A model generated the notes under the pieces. That model saw only the letters and a program-made list of their open reading frames with translations. It had not been told where the DNA came from and made no database searches. A DNA stretch of 64,000 nt from Phoronis australis (Eukaryota > Animalia > Phoronida). The stretch is from the NCBI GenBank assembly GCA_002633005.1, contig NMRA01000515.1, positions 144,558-208,557 on the forward strand, given 5' to 3'. Shown piece after piece: positions 59,740 to 64,000 of the stretch (position 1 is its first letter; each line of letters begins with the position of its first letter). A program made the translations under genes and the position numbers.

Positions 59740-62700
59740 ATGGAAGAACAAGAGGTATAATTCTGTAATTGTCAGATTGATGCAACATGTGCAGCAGCAG
59801 GAATTGGCTAAAGCTGTATACTAAATATGCAGCTTTTTGCGCTGATGCGGGTAAAAAACAGGCCAGATACTGATAAAATCTGACACAAAATAGTGTCATT
59901 AAAAACTAATCTTTTTCTTGCGTAAACTAAATTATTGAATGGTGTTGGAAAAAATGGCAATCTATTATTATTCTGCTGCTAAAGGTAGAACGATCATCTG
60001 CGTTGGCTTTTAGCGCCATGACATTGCGTCACCTATTGTCCAGTTTCTTTTTTTGCTGATTCTTCAATCAACTGTTTGTTCTTTCATGAGGTTGCGTACA
60101 CGTCATTACAAATTATCGGAACTGGTTTAACTTCATGATAAGTTTTTAGAATTTTGATACCTGCAAACTGAATTTCTCAACAAATTTTATGCTGTTGCAA
60201 AGCTGTCATCTTCTCCCGAGAGGTGTCGCAAAATTTTAGGAAGTGGTACATGCGTGTGACATGACCGTACTGTTTTCAAAACAATGAAATGCTTGTCATC
60301 ATTACAAAATGTGAAGAATTACGCAAGAAAATAATGTTTATTAGATTGTTTTTCACTTAAACGGCAATATCGGCACGCTGAGTGTCGGTTAATTCACAGA
60401 TTTTGCATGCACCCCGTCTGGTCTTTAGCCCTACATGTTGATACAAGTTTCACGGCAAGGTGTCAAGCAGCAGTAGTACCCTGGCTGTGTGCAATTTTGA
60501 GGTCTGTCCCCGTTGAACACACAGTGGTATCTAGCTGTATTTTTATGATAGTCTTCATACAGCTGACTTGTTGGCTACAGCAGTAGCAACACTAAATTAC
60601 ATGCTTCTATAATTCAAGCACTATAGCTACTGCATCGGACAAAGTTTTTAAAAAAAATGTGGGCATTGTTAGAACTCGGTATTGAAAAATGAAAAAGGCA
60701 AATTTGACAATTATTTCAGCCTGAAATTGATGAGATTTTGACTTGGTAGTTACCCAGTCTTGAACCCGGGACCTCCTGTGCCAAAGTTAGTAGTCCTAAC
60801 CAGTTGGCCCAAGAGCAATTTTCCATTGGCAAGACATGCCTTTATGATACTGCACTTAGTAGATTTACCACGAGCATCCTTTATAAACTATGTGATGATG
60901 GAAATAATGCCAAATCTTACTCAATTGCTCATTTTTACCTTTTTGGTCACTTTTTTCTTTTTTGGTAAATATCTGCAGGAACGTACCAATTTGGCTCCGT
61001 TATTAGGTCACACTGTAAGGATAGTTTGTGCTCATAATCACAATACATTACGGCATTTTCCTGTTCAGTGACTTTACCAGACGTAGAGGGTTGTGAGCCT
61101 GTGATATCATATAGCATCTAGCTCCTTTGTTAACTGCCAAGCACAGTCTTTTGTCTGGTATGACAACAGGCGGGCCAATTATCTACCAGGCTTATTACAA
61201 ACCACCTGTGAACACATTCAAACCCAGAGTGAATTGGTATGTTCAGAAAGAATAGACTGTCGTAACTTCGGTTGTAGTCGCATCATTTTGGCAATTCAAA
61301 AACCAAACATGATCAGCATTTGACGAGGAATTCAGAAATGCTATTGGTTTATGTTCAAATATGTTATAACTTCACTTTTATTTTTAACAGCACAGCCCAG
61401 TCAGGCTAGATATGATTTTATTGGAGATTAGAGCAATTATCGAATAAAAGAGAGCTGGCTCTCCAACTATAAATGCCAGAATGGAGTTAATCAGTCGTGC
61501 AAGATATTGGCTTCAGGAGTCATCTTCCCAACTTGTTGTTGGGCTATAGAATCGAACAAGTTGGGATCAACGGGAAAACGCCGTAATGATTTTCATTGTA
61601 TGTAGGAAGTCTTGGGAAACTGCACATCCTATTTTGATTTTTCTCTTAGTATCAAGTGTCAGGAATGGTGACAGTGACTGACCCAAAGTCAAAGCGGGCA
61701 CAGCGTGTTCAGTTGATACTGATGCCAGAATCACTCCTGATACAAGCTCCGTTCAAGCAGGTAAATGAACACACCTGAGAGGTCTGCGTTTTGCATTTAT
61801 CATACTAACACTTTTTCGCAATACATACACACATGATGTAAAAACCTTAAAGTTATGTGAATCTCCATTTTTGGCTAACTTCTCAGAGATGGCTGATTGA
61901 ATTCCTGTGCAACTTCTAAATGTACCGTACTTTGTGGATTACTCTCCGTGCTATTAGGAATTGTTTTGAAAGTGTTACACTTGGCATGAATGCTATCAGA
62001 AATACTTTCTGAGTTTTTATGAAAAGAATCAATGTTTCATAATATAAAAATGAAATGATAGTTTAAAAAATTGAAACAGCGTTTTTGAGATTTTATCTTG
62101 AACATTTGGTCATGATATTGATGCCATTGCTTTGCTTTGAAAGTACTTTTCTTTTTTAACTAATTTTTTATGAAAAGGTAATGGCCACGTGACCCATTAA
62201 CAACAAATTGGAATAAAGTAAAAGTCACATTCTGCAGGCTTTCCTGTTTTTGAAAATGTGACGTTTACCTGGTTAAAGAAATTTCTAGGTATTTGAAAAA
62301 ATGCCCAGAGTGGTCACTAAGGTCACCTATTATTTTGAGATTTGATTTTTCTGTCTTTATCAGTGGATCATATATACTATCTAGCATAATATTTTATTAA
62401 TAGGAATTGTTAAATGCATATTTCTAAGAATACAATTGTTTGTGTATCAAAGTATTTCGATGCATAAGTTTCATACTTTGTGTACTTTAGGTTTCAACTT
62501 CTGAAGTTGACTGGGTGAACGTGTTCAGAGTACCTTTGGTATGTGCTTATCTTACTCAGTATGACAATGGAGCTGAGCTGCCTTGGTGAGTATAGAATAG
62601 CGTATTCTACAAGGCTATACTTTGTTTTGTTCATAAAATAGCACAATCTCTTAAACAGTATGCACCAATATCAAAGCCACATTTTCATGTCCTTCACTAA

Positions 62701-63491
62701 TTTCATACTTGCAGTGTGTTTTTCACAAATGCACGACTACAATTTTTGCATTAAATCCCATGCTTTAAGCTTTTGCATGATGTTAAATTTTTGTTCGGAT
62801 AAATTGTTGAAAAAAATCAGTATAAATCTCATCTCTTTGGTTGTGTTCCTTCAAGGCAGTGCGGAGTGTCAGGGACATAACATAGTGGGGTTAGAAGAGG
62901 TGGAAATTGGTGAAGGGAAGGGGGGGNGAACTTGCCTATATCCCCAAATAGTTTACCTTCTTGTAGACTTGTTCTTTGCTTTGTGTCTACCAATATGTGG
63001 TATGCTAGTGAGTGGACTTAATGCTTATGTTTTTAACATGTGTTGTGTGTTGTTGAAGGTCAAGTAAATTTGAAGTGATTTCTGCGACGGGTACAAGGTC
63101 TGGCCACATTCAGTGCAATGACAGTGCTACAATGGTGTCTTGGATAGAGAGCATAACACGCAATATAAAGGAGGCTAATAAACATTTTGTAAGTGAACTC
63201 CTTATTTTGCAAGGAGATTTTAGTAGTTTTTTTTATTTCTTGGTTTATAAATTGGGCTTCACAGGGGTACTCAAGTACTACAGTATGGTATGTATCAATA
63301 GTAGGAAAATACCAGTGAAATACCTATAGCAAAAGTACCAGACAGGTTTTCTTATCATCTCTTAGCCAATTCAGCTACTTGAAATATGCTCAATATTTAC
63401 TTCATCAGTTTTAATATGCTCCACTTATCGACAACAAACACCATCTCTCACGTCGAATATGGGTTGGGTGAAACTACAAAGCAGTTATTAA
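59740..63491 (+). CDS. Gamma-syntrophin-like gene (PH domain without PDZ); 3' part disrupted or beyond the window
   Basis: Exons 59740-59754 (MEEQE; allelic copy 58598-58612), 61650-61760 (YQVSGMVTV..RVQLILMPESLLIQ), 62491-62585 (WVNVFRVPLVCAYLTQY), 63059-63188 (FEVISATGTRSGHIQC..WIESITRNI). Then an MGWV motif at ~63458 followed by TAA at 63489. Motif order matches gamma-syntrophin PH1. Confidence 0.7.
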
Positions 63492-63832
63492 TAAGTGGCT
63501 GACAGATCATCCGCTTACAGGTACACATGAAGACAAGATACTGTTCCTTTAGTGTATGACTCTTATACTTAAGGGAAGGTTGCGGTCGAAGCTTGCTGTC
63601 AATGTTTGCTTTTGACATCTTAAAATAGCAATGTGAAATGTTAAAGTTTTGTTTATTGATAAATTATTGTTGGAAACCATATCTATAATGAAATATTGAT
63701 ATCGTATCAATCATTGAGTCATAGTGTGCAGTCCTATTTTGTAAATTAGTTCAAGATGGGTATGTCTGTGATGTTTCTCAGTCTTATTTTTGACAGCTCT
63801 GTGAGCTTGGTCAATGGTAAGTTTGATGGCAA

Positions 63833-64000
63833 ATAATGTGATCAGAGTAATGTGATCAGAATAATGTGATCAGAGTAATGTGATCAGAATAATGTGATCA
63901 GAGTAATGTGATCAGAATAATGTGATCAGAGTAATGTGATCAGAATAATGTGATCAGAGTAATGTGATCAGAATAATGTGATCAGAGTAATGTGATCAGA
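63833..64000. repeat. 14-bp minisatellite TAATGTGATCAGA(G/A) arranged as a strict 28-bp dimer
   Basis: Alternating G/A monomers to the window edge. Confidence 0.95.

Larger units (their letters stand above)
57757..60126. repeat. ~1.15-1.2-kb duplication (57757-58986 vs 58988-60126) across an N at 58987; two haplotypes assembled in tandem
   Basis: Both start agtggcactgtctaaacc and end ggaactggtt; they differ by SNPs and indels. Confidence 0.9.

Overview
AT-rich, intron-rich animal (probably invertebrate) genomic DNA from a draft assembly. It has one N-gap and four single-N junctions flanked by duplicated sequence. The six-frame ORF track is mostly noise because the genes are spliced, so I rebuilt them by hand from GT-AG boundaries and exon phase. 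Main find: an intact 20-exon + strand gene (16874-38993, 1071 aa) that fuses four domains. These are a degenerate SIR2-like (SIR2_2/FAM118-type) domain, a domain resembling the actinobacterial DUF5753 regulator C-terminus, an intact TKL-type Ser/Thr kinase, and an RNase Z-like metallo-beta-lactamase (HxHxDH). Its upstream region holds NF-kB, AP-1 and IRF-like motifs. I do not recognise this architecture; it could be an RNase L/IRE1-like sensor-kinase-nuclease immune effector (inference). Neighbours are a minus-strand TRADD-N-like gene fragment, a possible decayed GT31 glycosyltransferase, a myristoylated CHP/calcineurin-B-like EF-hand gene ending in half a Death domain, and a PDZ-less gamma-syntrophin-like gene. 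There are many MITEs, a HINE-like element, a decayed Harbinger-like element and a solo LTR rich in heat-shock elements. Domain assignments come from remembered motif patterns, not database searches.
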